Assembly: GCA_963775465.1 (NCBI GenBank)
Contig: CAVZIW010000010.1
Span: forward strand, 1-64,000
Reading direction: 5' to 3'
From: Candidatus Bathyarchaeota archaeon
Lineage (GTDB): Archaea; Thermoproteota; Bathyarchaeia; Bathyarchaeales; Bathycorpusculaceae
Length of the DNA: 64,000 nt
The notes under the pieces were generated by a model. That model worked only from the letters and a program-made list of their open reading frames with translations. It was not told where the DNA came from and made no database searches. Below, piece by piece: positions 19,564 to 32,556 of this stretch. The translations under genes were made by a program, and so were the position numbers. Position 1 is the first letter of the stretch, and each line of letters begins with the position of its first letter.

Positions 19564-19724
19564 AAAAAATCTTTTCTCTTTTTTGTTTTTTTACATTTTT
19601 GAATATTTCATAAATGCATTTTTGATACTTTGGTAAATGGTAAAATCGAGTGTTGTTAAAAGACAAATTTCCGAAAAGTTAAATTCCTTTGTTTCCAAAG
19701 AGTAATATAGCAGAGGCTAAGAGG

Positions 19725-19862
19725 ATGAGCAAGAATAATTAGCCTCGTTTCATAAACTGCGGAAACTTTATCGATGAATGCAAATGTGTATGCCCCTATT
19801 GTGGCGAGACAGCAAAGTGCACCTGTTGCATAGGTAGCGATAAAGCAACTGGCGGCGGATAA
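19725..19862 (+). other. Cys-rich micro-protein frame with in-frame TAG at codon 6 (pseudogene or read-through)
   Basis: MSKNN*PRFINCGNFIDECKCVCPYCGETAKCTCCIGSDKATGGG*; GAGG upstream; 35 nt before korA. Confidence 0.55.
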
Positions 19863-19897
19863 CCTCTCTACAAAATTTTCAAGGAAAGAAAAACGAT

Positions 19898-22778
<2,881 letters not shown>

Positions 22779-22890
22779 GATTATAATATGAAAAAGTGAG
22801 AAGCTTCTCCTTTCTTCCCACATCCTACTTCTTTGTGATGCATATAAACCCCTAATTCTATTATCGATATATGTCAGCGACAAGTTTTTC

Positions 22891-23247
22891 TTAGCCTTCA
22901 CTTACATAGCAGTCCGCAGTGAACCGAGGTGTGCAAATGCAATAGAACACTAAGTCGGTTTCGCCTATGTTTGTGATGCTTTGTGATGTCTCTGGTGGGA
23001 TAATGACAACATCGCCAACGTTTACTTCAGTTGGTTTTAAACCTGCAATTGTTACTTTTCCTTTTCCTTGGGTGATTAGGTAAATTTCCTCTACTCCTTT
23101 GAGGTGATGGGGTACGGTTGTGACGCCTGGTTTAACTCTAGCTCGGGCAATCGAAATGGCTTTTTCACTATAGTTTTCGCCGACAAAGCATCGCTCGTCT
23201 GTATAGTTTTCGTTTAACTGATTGGCTTTTTTAATTATAGGTCTCAT
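22891..23247 (-). CDS. Cupin domain protein
   Basis: PHHLKGVEEIY, GDVVIIPP, ITNIG. Confidence 0.85.
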   Translation of the reverse strand: MRPIIKKANQLNENYTDERCFVGENYSEKAISIARARVKPGVTTVPHHLKGVEEIYLITQGKGKVTIAGLKPTEVNVGDVVIIPPETSQSITNIGETDLVFYCICTPRFTADCYVSEG

Positions 23248-23480
23248 TAATAGTCCATCTTTTTAATGGTTGGGTTTGAATAATGAAGTGCATCTGTGCA
23301 TGTAAAGGTTTTTTGATTATATTGCTTGCGCAAGGCTTAACCTATCTAATATTCAGGTGAATATGGTTTCTTTTACGATTTTAGGTTATTTTTTGGTTTA
23401 TTGTTTTTGTGCTTTTTGTGTATTTTTTATGGTGTTTGTTTTGGAGTTTCGGGTTTTATTGCAGGTTTAATGTGAAAACA

Positions 23481-23542
23481 GCTTATATATGCGCTAAGGA
23501 TAGTGTATGAGACATGCTTATCAACACTACGCATATATTTGC
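23481..23542. promoter_or_regulatory. Pair of related 12-bp pseudo-palindromes upstream of nrdR-nrdD-nrdG (candidate NrdR boxes; the first overlaps a TATA-like box)
   Basis: GCTTATATATGC (23481-23492) and GCATATATTTGC (23531-23542). Confidence 0.4.
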
Positions 23543-23561
23543 CGCATGAGTATGTATACCT

Positions 23562-24011
23562 ATGAGATGTCCCTACTGCAACTCTGAAGAAAACAAAACC
23601 CTCGAAACTCGTGATTCTCCAGAGAACACCACACGAAGACGCAAAGAATGCATCAGCTGTGGCAAACGCTATACAACATACGAGTACCTGGAAACTATCG
23701 AACTAATGGTTAGAAAAAAAGACGCTCAGATAGAACGCTTTGACGTAAACAAAATAATCCGTGGTTTGCAGAAAGCATGTGAAAAAAGACCCGTGACCAT
23801 GAATCAAATTAACGAGTTAGCCAGCAAAGTACGCCAAGACCTCATGTCAAAGGGTGCCGAGGAAGTTTCATCACGAGAAATCGGCGACCTCATAATAAAA
23901 TATCTGAAAAGTGTTGACCGAATTGCATACATTCGCTTTGCTTCGGTTTACAAGCAATTTGAAGAACCTGACGATTTCAGAAAATTACTCTTAGAAGTGA
24001 AAAAATCATGA
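23562..24011 (+). CDS. nrdR: Transcriptional repressor NrdR
   Basis: MRCPYC...TRRRKECISCGKRYTTYE, ATP cone, IAYIRFASVY. Confidence 0.95.
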   Translation: MRCPYCNSEENKTLETRDSPENTTRRRKECISCGKRYTTYEYLETIELMVRKKDAQIERFDVNKIIRGLQKACEKRPVTMNQINELASKVRQDLMSKGAEEVSSREIGDLIIKYLKSVDRIAYIRFASVYKQFEEPDDFRKLLLEVKKS

Positions 24012-26134
24012 AGTTTGTCCTAAAACGAGATAGTAAATTAGAACCATTCGATCAAGAAAGAATCACAATAGCCATTTGGAAAGCTGCAAAAGCAGTAGGC
24101 GGTAAAGACAAGGAACAATCTAAACTCATCAGCGACAAAGTCGTAGCTGAGCTTAACAAGATTTACGGTGACGATGGCGTGCCCACCGTTGAAGGTATTC
24201 AAGACCTTGTTGAAAAGCAGTTAATTGAAAACGGACATGCCCAAACGGCAAAGGCATACATTCTGTACCGTAAACAGCACACCGATATGCGCGAGTTAGC
24301 ATCGTTGCTTAGTTCTTCTGACATGGTAGATCAGTACCTTGAGGTTGAGGATTGGCGTGTTAAAGAAAACAGTAACATGAGCTATTCACTCCAAGGTTTA
24401 AACAATTACCTCTCCTCAACGGTTATTGCCAAATATTGGATTTCACGAATTTATCCTTCAAACATAGCTGAGTCTCACTTCTCAGGTGACCTGCACATTC
24501 ACGACTTGGGAGTCTTGGGTCCTTATTGTGTTGGCTGGGATATAAGCGACTTGTTACTTTCAGGTTTTGGCGGTGTCTCAGGTAAAATTGAAAGTAAACC
24601 CGCTAAGCACTTCCGTACTGCGCTTGGGCAAGTTGTGAACTTTTTCTACACATTGCAAGGCGAAGCGGCAGGTGCACAGGCTTTTAGCAACTTTGACACT
24701 TACCTAGCTCCATTCATACGATATGACCATTTAACATCCAAAGATGTTGAGCAGGCTCTGCAAGAATTCTTCTTCAACATGAACGTGCCCACCCGCGTCG
24801 GATTCCAAACTCCATTCACTAATTTAACTTTGGACTTGACTGTTCCTAACTTCATGAAGGATGAAGCCGTATTGTTCAACGGAAAAGTCACTCAAGACAC
24901 CTACGGTGACATGACAAAAGAAATGGACATGTTCAATACTGCTTTTGCATCAGTTATGAAGCAGGGCGACTCTAAAGGTCGAGTTTTCACTTTCCCCATT
25001 CCAACCTACAACATTACCGAAGACTTCGACTGGGACTCACCGGTCTCACAAGCCATCTTTGAAGTCACAGCCAAATATGGCGTCCCATACTTTAGCAATT
25101 TTGTCAACAGCGACATGAAACCCGAAGATGTTCGTAGCATGTGCTGCCGTTTACGAATTGACAATCGGGAATTACGTAAACGCGGAGGCGGTTTCTTCGG
25201 TGCCAACCCATTGACAGGTAGCATCGGTGTTGTAACATTGAACATTCCACGAGTCGGATACCTAGCTAAAGACGAAGATGAATTCTTCGAGCGTTTAGGT
25301 AATTTAATGGAAACCGCACGTGCCAGTTTAGAGCTTAAACGAAAAGTTCTGGAAGCATTTACCGAAAATGGTTTGTATCCCTATTCACGCCGCTATCTTC
25401 GGCATGTGAAAGAAGGCTATGATAAGTATTGGAAGAACCATTTCTCAACCATAGGCATCGTAGGAGTTAACGAAGCAATCGTGAACTTGCTAGGACAAAA
25501 CATTGCATCTAAAGACGGACAAGCCTTTGCAGTTAAAATGCTCACTTTCATGCGTAAACGTTTAGCAGATTACCAAGAAGAAACAGGCAGCATATACAAC
25601 CTTGAAGCCACCCCCGCCGAAGGCACAAGCTACCGCTTAGCACGTATAGACAAAAGACGTTACCGCGACATCATATTTGCTAACCAGAAAAACGTTGTCT
25701 CCGACCACGCTCAACCCTTCTACACTAACTCTTCCCAGCTTCCAGTTGACTTTTCTGGCGACCTCTTTGATGCACTTGAACATCAAGAAACTCTACAGTC
25801 ACTATATACAGGTGGAACAGTATTCCATATATTCCTTGGTGAACGTCTGCAATCATGGAAATCCGCAGCTGAACTCATCAAGAAAGTCGCATGGAACTCT
25901 AAACTTCCATACTTCACTCTGACCCCAACCTTTAGCGTTTGCCCAACTCATGGCTATACAAGCGGCGAACACAGACAATGCCCAGTATGTGGCGCACCAA
26001 GCGAAGTTTACTCACGTGTCGTGGGTTACCTCCGACCAGTTGATCAATGGAACGACGGCAAACAAGAAGAGTTTGCCATGCGCAAAACCTTCGACCGCTC
26101 CACAGTTATCTCAACAGCACCAGTGACAGTTTAG
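24008..26134 (+). CDS. nrdD: Anaerobic (class III) ribonucleoside-triphosphate reductase
   Basis: N-terminal ATP cone, HIHDL, PYCVG, SMCCRL, ATPAE, glycyl-radical motif YSRVVGYL. Confidence 0.95.
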   Translation: MKFVLKRDSKLEPFDQERITIAIWKAAKAVGGKDKEQSKLISDKVVAELNKIYGDDGVPTVEGIQDLVEKQLIENGHAQTAKAYILYRKQHTDMRELASLLSSSDMVDQYLEVEDWRVKENSNMSYSLQGLNNYLSSTVIAKYWISRIYPSNIAESHFSGDLHIHDLGVLGPYCVGWDISDLLLSGFGGVSGKIESKPAKHFRTALGQVVNFFYTLQGEAAGAQAFSNFDTYLAPFIRYDHLTSKDVEQALQEFFFNMNVPTRVGFQTPFTNLTLDLTVPNFMKDEAVLFNGKVTQDTYGDMTKEMDMFNTAFASVMKQGDSKGRVFTFPIPTYNITEDFDWDSPVSQAIFEVTAKYGVPYFSNFVNSDMKPEDVRSMCCRLRIDNRELRKRGGGFFGANPLTGSIGVVTLNIPRVGYLAKDEDEFFERLGNLMETARASLELKRKVLEAFTENGLYPYSRRYLRHVKEGYDKYWKNHFSTIGIVGVNEAIVNLLGQNIASKDGQAFAVKMLTFMRKRLADYQEETGSIYNLEATPAEGTSYRLARIDKRRYRDIIFANQKNVVSDHAQPFYTNSSQLPVDFSGDLFDALEHQETLQSLYTGGTVFHIFLGERLQSWKSAAELIKKVAWNSKLPYFTLTPTFSVCPTHGYTSGEHRQCPVCGAPSEVYSRVVGYLRPVDQWNDGKQEEFAMRKTFDRSTVISTAPVTV

Positions 26135-26147
26135 GTGAACATGTGAA

Positions 26148-26825
26148 GTGAAGTTTAGTGGACTGCAAAAAACCAGTCTCTTGGATTATCCTGACAAAGT
26201 AGCAAGCGTGCTCTATACACCTGGCTGCAATCTCCGTTGTCCTTTTTGCCATAATTGGCGAATCGTAGTTGACCCACAACCGCCTTTTCTCCAAGAAGGC
26301 GCTGCCCTACAAATTTTGGAGCGCCGAAAAAAATACGTTGACGCTGTCGTTATCTCAGGCGGCGAACCATGTATGCACAAGGAACTCCCAAGGTTTCTCG
26401 CTAAACTTAAAGAACGCGGATTCAAAGTGAAACTAGATACAAACGGTTTCTATCCTAATGTTCTAAAAGAATGCCTACCACAAGTTGATTACGTTGCTAT
26501 GGACATTAAAACCAGCCAGGAAAAATACAAGCTACTGGGCGCAACCGACACAACAGGTTTCATGAAATCCATCGACCTTCTTAAGTCAGGCAAAACCCCA
26601 TTCGAATTTCGCACAACAGTAGTCCCGGAAATCGTGACAGCCCAAGACATCACTTGCATAGCTAAAATGATTAAAGGTTCAAAAATTCATGCCCTTCAAC
26701 AATTCGTACCCCAAGACACGCTGGATAAACATTTTCAAACTTTGATGGTTTATGCTCCCGAAACGATTTCTGAATTCGCAAAAGAAATCCAGCCTTTCAC
26801 TGAGAAAGTCATTCTGAGAGTTTAA
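26148..26825 (+). CDS. nrdG: Anaerobic RNR activating enzyme (radical SAM)
   Basis: GCNLRCPFCHN, SGGEP, KLDTNG, EFRTT; follows nrdD. Confidence 0.93.
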   Translation: MKFSGLQKTSLLDYPDKVASVLYTPGCNLRCPFCHNWRIVVDPQPPFLQEGAALQILERRKKYVDAVVISGGEPCMHKELPRFLAKLKERGFKVKLDTNGFYPNVLKECLPQVDYVAMDIKTSQEKYKLLGATDTTGFMKSIDLLKSGKTPFEFRTTVVPEIVTAQDITCIAKMIKGSKIHALQQFVPQDTLDKHFQTLMVYAPETISEFAKEIQPFTEKVILRV

Positions 26826-26964
26826 CCTAAACTTAAATCTTATTTTTTCGCTTATTTCCAAGTCTCAATTAAGCTTGTTTGGAGTACACATATCGTAATT
26901 GAGAGCAATACAACATCATCGTTATCAAAAGCGCTGTTTTTCATTTAAGGGTTGACAGAAACAA

Positions 26965-27600
26965 CTAGAGTTCTTTCTTAAAATAATGTTCTAGTAGTCT
27001 TCTGGTTCCTCTGCGCATAATCTCTGAAAGCGTCGCTGCAGTAATTCCCAATTTTGTTGCCAACTCTGCCATTCCAATTTGCCTAGGATAATCAAAAAAG
27101 CCGCTTTTAAGTGCCAACCAGAAAATTCTCTCCTGATTCTCAGTTAGAACCCCGATTTGTTGTTCGAATTTGCCTATTTTTACAACGTTAACTTTGTGTC
27201 CTGCTTTTTCTAGGTCTGTGATTATTCCTCTGTAAGCCTCAAACGTGGGTACCATGAAACTGTAGGTTATGATGTTGTTTTGCATGCTTTTTCCTGAAAC
27301 CAAAAAGGCATCGTGTTCAAGAATCGTGTTGCATACTTCGCAGCCTTCGCTTTCAAGCCAAACTGAAGACTTACTTTCCACATGACCTTTGGCGGCGAGT
27401 TCTTTTGGGACTTTTTTTGCCTGATCTTCGCCGATGTCCATTAGGTGCCGAACTGAGCCTGTGCTCGAGCTACGTACATCTACGACTTTGAGGTGGCTAA
27501 AACCTAGAGAGGCGAGTTTGCCTACCATTTTGCATTGTTTATTTTCGACCTCTATTACAACTTGATAGGGTTCACGCCAGGCATCAACCAAACTATTCAA
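26965..27600 (-). CDS. Bat/HTH_10-type transcriptional regulator
   Basis: LTENQERIFWLALKSGFFDYPRQIGMAELATKLGIT. Confidence 0.85.
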   Translation of the reverse strand: MNSLVDAWREPYQVVIEVENKQCKMVGKLASLGFSHLKVVDVRSSSTGSVRHLMDIGEDQAKKVPKELAAKGHVESKSSVWLESEGCEVCNTILEHDAFLVSGKSMQNNIITYSFMVPTFEAYRGIITDLEKAGHKVNVVKIGKFEQQIGVLTENQERIFWLALKSGFFDYPRQIGMAELATKLGITAATLSEIMRRGTRRLLEHYFKKEL

Positions 27601-27665
27601 CCTTGTAGACTAACTTGTTGGATGTACTGTTTAAAGATGATTGTAAAAACAAAAAAGAAAGTGGT

Positions 27666-28826
27666 TTAGATTTTGTAGTATTTTGCGTAGAGCACTATGC
27701 CCGCTATCAATATTCCGATGCAGCTTACTGAAACTACAGCTAAATCAAGTAATATCGTTATGCTTGTTAGAGGTGCGCCGCGAAGGAACAGTGAAGTTAA
27801 GGCGTCAGTTACATAGTAGCTGGGAATAAATTTGCCTATGATTTGGGCGCCGCCAGAGAGAGATGCGCCTACAAAGGTTCCAAGAAACAGTTGTGGTAGT
27901 ACGAAGAGGAAGCTTAAACCTGTGGCTGCGCTGGAGGATTTCGCGACAGTGGCGGTGATTAATCCGAACCCTACGTTGGATACGCTGAATACTAAGATCA
28001 AGATGAATGCAAATATGTAGCTTGTGATACCGACTGCTGGTTTGAAGCCCATGACATAAGTCATTGCGAAAACCAATGCTGCTTGAATCAACGCTATGGC
28101 CATGTAGGATAGCACTTGGCTGCTCATGAATTCGGTTGGTGTTACGGGGGAGATGCGGATGCGTTTCATCATGCCGTTTTCTTTGTCTTGTGTGAATGAT
28201 TGAGCCACCATCATTATGAGGAATATCGAAGCAAATGTGAACATGCCTGGTGCAATGAAGTCAAGAGTTGAAGCTTGTTTTACTTCGACTAATGATGCAG
28301 TTTGTAGTGTTAATGGACTTTGATTTGTTTGTTGGTTTTGGTTGGTTATGCCTGTTAGGACTTGTTGGATAATTGGTGGAACAGCTTGAGTCGCGACCAA
28401 TGAGCCTTTGTCAAGGTAGAGCGGTACTGTTGTATTGACCCATTGGTTGGGGCTGTTTGGAGATTCAAAATACGCCGTGATGCTTTGGCTAAAGCTGGCT
28501 GGAATGAGCACAACTGCTTGAACTTTTCCTTGACTTAATTCAGCTTGGGCAGTTTGGTTGTCATCATAAATATGGACGTTTATTATTTTGGTGTTTGATA
28601 GTGCATCAATGAACATTTGAGAGTATTGCTGGCTATTGGCTTGGTCTTGGCTTGCTACGCCAACTTGATAAATTGTAGTTTGATTGCCGCCAAAACCACC
28701 AAATGAAGCGCCAAAGGCAAATACGAAAACTATGGGGAACAAGAAGATCATGAATAAAACTGCAGGTTCACGGATGGTTTTCTTTAGTTCTTTTTTGGTT
28801 AACGCGAAGACTCGTTGGAGATTCAT
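27666..28826 (-). CDS. ABC-2 type exporter permease
   Basis: N-terminal TM, large extracellular loop, FIAPG, DKENGMMKRI..SP, multiple C-terminal TMs. Confidence 0.88.
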   Translation of the reverse strand: MNLQRVFALTKKELKKTIREPAVLFMIFLFPIVFVFAFGASFGGFGGNQTTIYQVGVASQDQANSQQYSQMFIDALSNTKIINVHIYDDNQTAQAELSQGKVQAVVLIPASFSQSITAYFESPNSPNQWVNTTVPLYLDKGSLVATQAVPPIIQQVLTGITNQNQQTNQSPLTLQTASLVEVKQASTLDFIAPGMFTFASIFLIMMVAQSFTQDKENGMMKRIRISPVTPTEFMSSQVLSYMAIALIQAALVFAMTYVMGFKPAVGITSYIFAFILILVFSVSNVGFGLITATVAKSSSAATGLSFLFVLPQLFLGTFVGASLSGGAQIIGKFIPSYYVTDALTSLFLRGAPLTSITILLDLAVVSVSCIGILIAGIVLYAKYYKI

Positions 28827-29573
28827 TTAGAGTTCCTCCCGCATGTTTCTTCCTGTTAGTTGTATGAAGACTTCTTCTAAGTTTTTGACTTTGTTCTTGG
28901 ATATGAGCTCTTTTGGTGTTCCTAATGCTATGAGTTTGCCATGATCGATTATTCCAACTCGGTCGCAGAGTTCTTCGGCCTCTTCCATGTAGTGGGTCGT
29001 TAAGATTATGGTTTTACCGTTGGTTTTCTGTTCTCCGATGAAGTCCCAAACTGCATGACGAGATTGAGGATCCATGGCAACGGTCGGTTCATCTAAGAAT
29101 GCAATTTGGGGATCATGGATCAGGGCAAGTGCGAGGCTTAGACGTCTTTTCATTCCACCGCTGTATTTTGCGGTTACTCTTTTTGCGTCATCTTTGAGTG
29201 CCATCTTTTCCAGCAATAGCTCGCTTCTTTGTTTTATGGCTTTCTTGTTCATCGCATATAGGTTTCCAAACAAGGCAAGGTTTTCTGCGCCGGATAGGTA
29301 TGGATAGATTGCGGTTTCTTGGATGCATACGCCAATGAGTTCTTTTACTTTCTGTTGATCCTTCTGGATGTCATAGCCGTAGATTGTGGCTGTTCCACTT
29401 GTGGGTTTTATTAGTCCACATAGAATGCTGATGATGGTTGTTTTTCCTGCTCCATTAGGTCCTAGCAGCCCAAATAGTTCACCTTTGGCTACTTGGAGGC
29501 TAAAGTTTTCCACAGCCAGTTTGTCTTCATATTTTTTAGTCAAGTTATCTATTTTTATTGATGTTTCACTCAT
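28827..29573 (-). CDS. ABC exporter ATP-binding protein (DrrA-like)
   Basis: GPNGAGKT, YSGGMKRR, LDEPT, TTHYMEEA; probable start ATG 29573. Confidence 0.92.
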   Translation of the reverse strand: MSETSIKIDNLTKKYEDKLAVENFSLQVAKGELFGLLGPNGAGKTTIISILCGLIKPTSGTATIYGYDIQKDQQKVKELIGVCIQETAIYPYLSGAENLALFGNLYAMNKKAIKQRSELLLEKMALKDDAKRVTAKYSGGMKRRLSLALALIHDPQIAFLDEPTVAMDPQSRHAVWDFIGEQKTNGKTIILTTHYMEEAEELCDRVGIIDHGKLIALGTPKELISKNKVKNLEEVFIQLTGRNMREEL

Positions 29574-29711
29574 TTCTAATTCTTCCATTGAGTCTACATG
29601 GGAGTCTGCGAATTTAGTTTCATGTTTACTAATCAATTTAACAAAATGCCCTTTAAACACCTAATAAGTCACTTTTTGACATCAAGTAATTGAAAAAAGG
29701 GAACTCCATTC

Positions 29712-30626
29712 TTAGGGAACTTTATCCCTCCAGGTTTTGAAAATGTACCCTGTGTAGATTATGTTCGGGGCAACAGCCTGAATGGTTGGCTCTGATTCCA
29801 TGCTTTCACGGTTGTCCTTAAGCTCTTTGGTGGTAGGCGTCCAAACCATGAAAACATAGCTGTCGGGAATGTTGCTGAAACTCCAATAGAAAATTGTGTT
29901 CGGGTAATGTTTCTGCAAAATTAGGTTTGCTGCATTGGGGTTCGCATCACTTTTGATGTTAACGTGAAAAATGCTGATGATGTCATTTGAAGCGTCAGGG
30001 TACCATTCGATCGAAAACTGAATCAAAAAATTCTTAATCATCATCGAAAGTCTTCGGCGAACAGTTTTTGTTGAAATACCTAACTCTTCTGCCACAACTG
30101 AAACTGGTTTTCGTGAATCATCCTTTAAGGAGCGGATGATTTTGTAATCTAATTCGCATAACTTGTTTTTTGAGTCAAGTTTGACGTTTTTCAGCATGGG
30201 TGGAAATGGAAATCCTGTTAAGCCGACTGTTGGTTCTAATATCTCTGCGTTTTCTTTCACAAAACGAACCAGTGCTTCCATTTCGTTTAGGCTCTTTAAG
30301 TAAGCAGCGATGTAGAGGAAATTCCCCCCTCCTACGGCTAGCCAGTAGATTGATCCATTATTCTCCATTTTTGTTTTTAGACTGGCAATTGATTTGGTTT
30401 TGGAGTTGCCGTAAATAAAGACGTGGATAGCGTTTTGGGCGAAGATGCTCAAGCTTGTAGTGAACTTGCGGATTATGCCTGTGTCGATTAAGCTTTGTAT
30501 GCGATTATGTACTGCTGTGACTGATAAGTCAAGTTTTTCTGCAAGTTCTCGGTAGGAAAGCCTTGAGTTTGCGAGCAGAAGTTGACAGAGTATCAAATCT
30601 GTTTTGTCCAATGTTCCACCGATCAA
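29712..30626 (-). CDS. Lrp/AsnC-family regulator with two HTH modules
   Basis: LDKTD...NSRLSYRELAEKLDLSVTAVHNRI and LDYKII..LKDDSRKPVSVVAEELGISTKTVRRRL. Confidence 0.88.
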   Translation of the reverse strand: MIGGTLDKTDLILCQLLLANSRLSYRELAEKLDLSVTAVHNRIQSLIDTGIIRKFTTSLSIFAQNAIHVFIYGNSKTKSIASLKTKMENNGSIYWLAVGGGNFLYIAAYLKSLNEMEALVRFVKENAEILEPTVGLTGFPFPPMLKNVKLDSKNKLCELDYKIIRSLKDDSRKPVSVVAEELGISTKTVRRRLSMMIKNFLIQFSIEWYPDASNDIISIFHVNIKSDANPNAANLILQKHYPNTIFYWSFSNIPDSYVFMVWTPTTKELKDNRESMESEPTIQAVAPNIIYTGYIFKTWRDKVP

Positions 30627-30703
30627 GCGCTAATAGTTGTTCTATTGCTTAAAGGCTTTTGGGGCGATAATAGACTACTATTTTTAGGACTCCAAGTGCT
30701 TTT

Positions 30704-30762
30704 TTGTTTAGTCAAGAAAAAGTTGACTGCCTTAATTTCTTGTTTAGTCAAGAAATCTTGAC
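30704..30762. repeat. 16-bp direct repeat (36-bp period), each copy starting a GTCAA..TTGAC palindrome; candidate operator array
   Basis: TTGTTTAGTCAAGAAA at 30704 and 30740; GTCAA-N7-TTGAC (30711-30727) and GTCAAG-AAAT-CTTGAC (30747-30762). Confidence 0.7.
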
Positions 30763-30909
30763 AAGAAACCTTTTATCACGAAATAATAAGAGCACATTAT
30801 GTGCAATGATTGAAGTTGATTCAGACTTTGTTAACTCAGTTCCTTTCCTCTATCTTAGCGGTGCATAGGGTAGGTTCTTTGCAAAAATATATGTATACTA
30901 AAAGACAAT

Positions 30910-32556
30910 GTGGTTATATGGGCAAGGGTGGTAACAATTAGACAGCGAACGTTTCTTTGTTTATCCATTGCTGCTCTTGTTGTTGTTTGCTTGCTGAGTG
31001 TGCAATACGTTGAGTTAGGCAATTCTTGTTATGGTCCTTGCATAACCTCTGATATAGACAAAACCCAACTGGACATAAATCAAACAGTCACAGTAACAGG
31101 GCAAGTTTGTCCAGCGGCTGAAAATAAATCCATTCGCATTGCCTTTACCAGACCTGATTATACCTACATCGAACAATACTCATTAACTGACCCCGTTAGC
31201 GGGAATTTTTCAGTTACTCAAGTGCTTGATATGGCAGGGTACTGGAATATTTTTGCCATCGACGGGCATATCTGCGATCGTCTCTTTGCCCAAGTCACTG
31301 ATCCAGCCAATCCCGACGCGCCTCCTCCAAGCCCAAGTGTACCTTTAAACTACAAACCCAACTACTCCGTAATCGGTGTCACAGCGGTCTTCCTAAGCGC
31401 TGGTTCAATTATATTCTTTTTTGGGACAAGAAATAAAACTCGGAAAATTAGTTCTATACGTTTATTTGTCCAAGTAGCTTTAATTTTTGTCATATTTTTT
31501 GGCATATTTATTGATCACTATGGTTTGCCTGTGCCTGCTGCTCAGATTGCACCTCACGAACTCGACATTGAAACTAGTGTTTTGGGAGTGGGTATGCCCG
31601 ATGGAATTCCAGCGCCATTCTTTGGTTGTTTCTATCCTTGCGGAAGAATTACAACTTGTGCTCTCTGGCAGATTCAAGCCTACATTTATCCGTTCTTTGA
31701 TGTTGGCGGTGGCTGGGGCGTTCATTACGATTCTGCAGGTTTGGCTCGGTTGGCGGTGGTTTTTGGAATTATTATTTTAGCTGCTGTTGTTTTAGGGCGG
31801 TTTTGGTGTGGTTGGGTCTGCCCCTTTGGCTTATACGTTGATTTAATGACTCGACTGCGTAAAGCTTTGAAGATTAAGCGTCGAGAGTTATCTGATAGAT
31901 TCAATACCCGTTTCCACCAGTTAGGTTACGTCATCTTGGCGCTCATAATTATCTTAAGTGTGGTTTTCGGGGCTCAAGCAATAGCGGGCACGCAGTTAGT
32001 GGCAGGAACTGAAAAAGGCGGTTTTGTCTACACGTACTTCTCAGCTCCATTTTGTCAAGTTTGTCCGATGAAGCCTCTTTGTATACTCTCGGAAACAAGT
32101 GTTGGTTTAATGAGGCCAGAATGGATAGTTCAAAACACAACAGGGCAGTTCTGGCAGTTAGGGTATTTCATAACTTCGACTAATTTGATCATTTTTGGTT
32201 TGGTTACATTGGCGGCTTTCTTTTTTAGGCGTTCATGGTGCCGCATCTGCCCGCTTGGAGCTTTGCTCGCACTCTTTAACCGTTTTGCTCCCTTTCGATG
32301 GATTAGCGGGGTTCGCCTCAATAAGGTTGAGGAGAAATGCACTAAGTGTGGAATCTGTAAACGGGTTTGCCCAACTCAAGTAAAAGAAGTCTATGAACAA
32401 AAGAGCGGTGATGTCGCGAGTTCACAATGTATTTATTGTTTGCGTTGTGTGGAGATGTGCCCTAGCGAAGATTGTTTGCAGTTTAAGTTTGCTGGAAAAA
32501 CGGTTTGTAAGTCTAGGAATTGGTTAATTAAATCGGATACGATTATTGGAGAATAA
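30910..32556 (+). CDS. Membrane polyferredoxin (NapH/MauN/NosR-like 4Fe-4S binding protein) with N-terminal extracellular domain
   Basis: WCGWVCPFG, CQVCP, WCRICPLG, CTKCGICKRVCP, CIYCLRCVEMCP; multiple TM segments. Confidence 0.88.
   Translation: MVIWARVVTIRQRTFLCLSIAALVVVCLLSVQYVELGNSCYGPCITSDIDKTQLDINQTVTVTGQVCPAAENKSIRIAFTRPDYTYIEQYSLTDPVSGNFSVTQVLDMAGYWNIFAIDGHICDRLFAQVTDPANPDAPPPSPSVPLNYKPNYSVIGVTAVFLSAGSIIFFFGTRNKTRKISSIRLFVQVALIFVIFFGIFIDHYGLPVPAAQIAPHELDIETSVLGVGMPDGIPAPFFGCFYPCGRITTCALWQIQAYIYPFFDVGGGWGVHYDSAGLARLAVVFGIIILAAVVLGRFWCGWVCPFGLYVDLMTRLRKALKIKRRELSDRFNTRFHQLGYVILALIIILSVVFGAQAIAGTQLVAGTEKGGFVYTYFSAPFCQVCPMKPLCILSETSVGLMRPEWIVQNTTGQFWQLGYFITSTNLIIFGLVTLAAFFFRRSWCRICPLGALLALFNRFAPFRWISGVRLNKVEEKCTKCGICKRVCPTQVKEVYEQKSGDVASSQCIYCLRCVEMCPSEDCLQFKFAGKTVCKSRNWLIKSDTIIGE

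Noticed and set aside
19740-19742. Genome-wide TAG recoding (pyrrolysine or alternative code), suggested by the in-frame amber and the odd aRF1
   Set aside because: Many conserved genes end at TAG at their expected C-termini (e.g. amtB, metG, the Bat-type regulator), and no pyl genes are in the window
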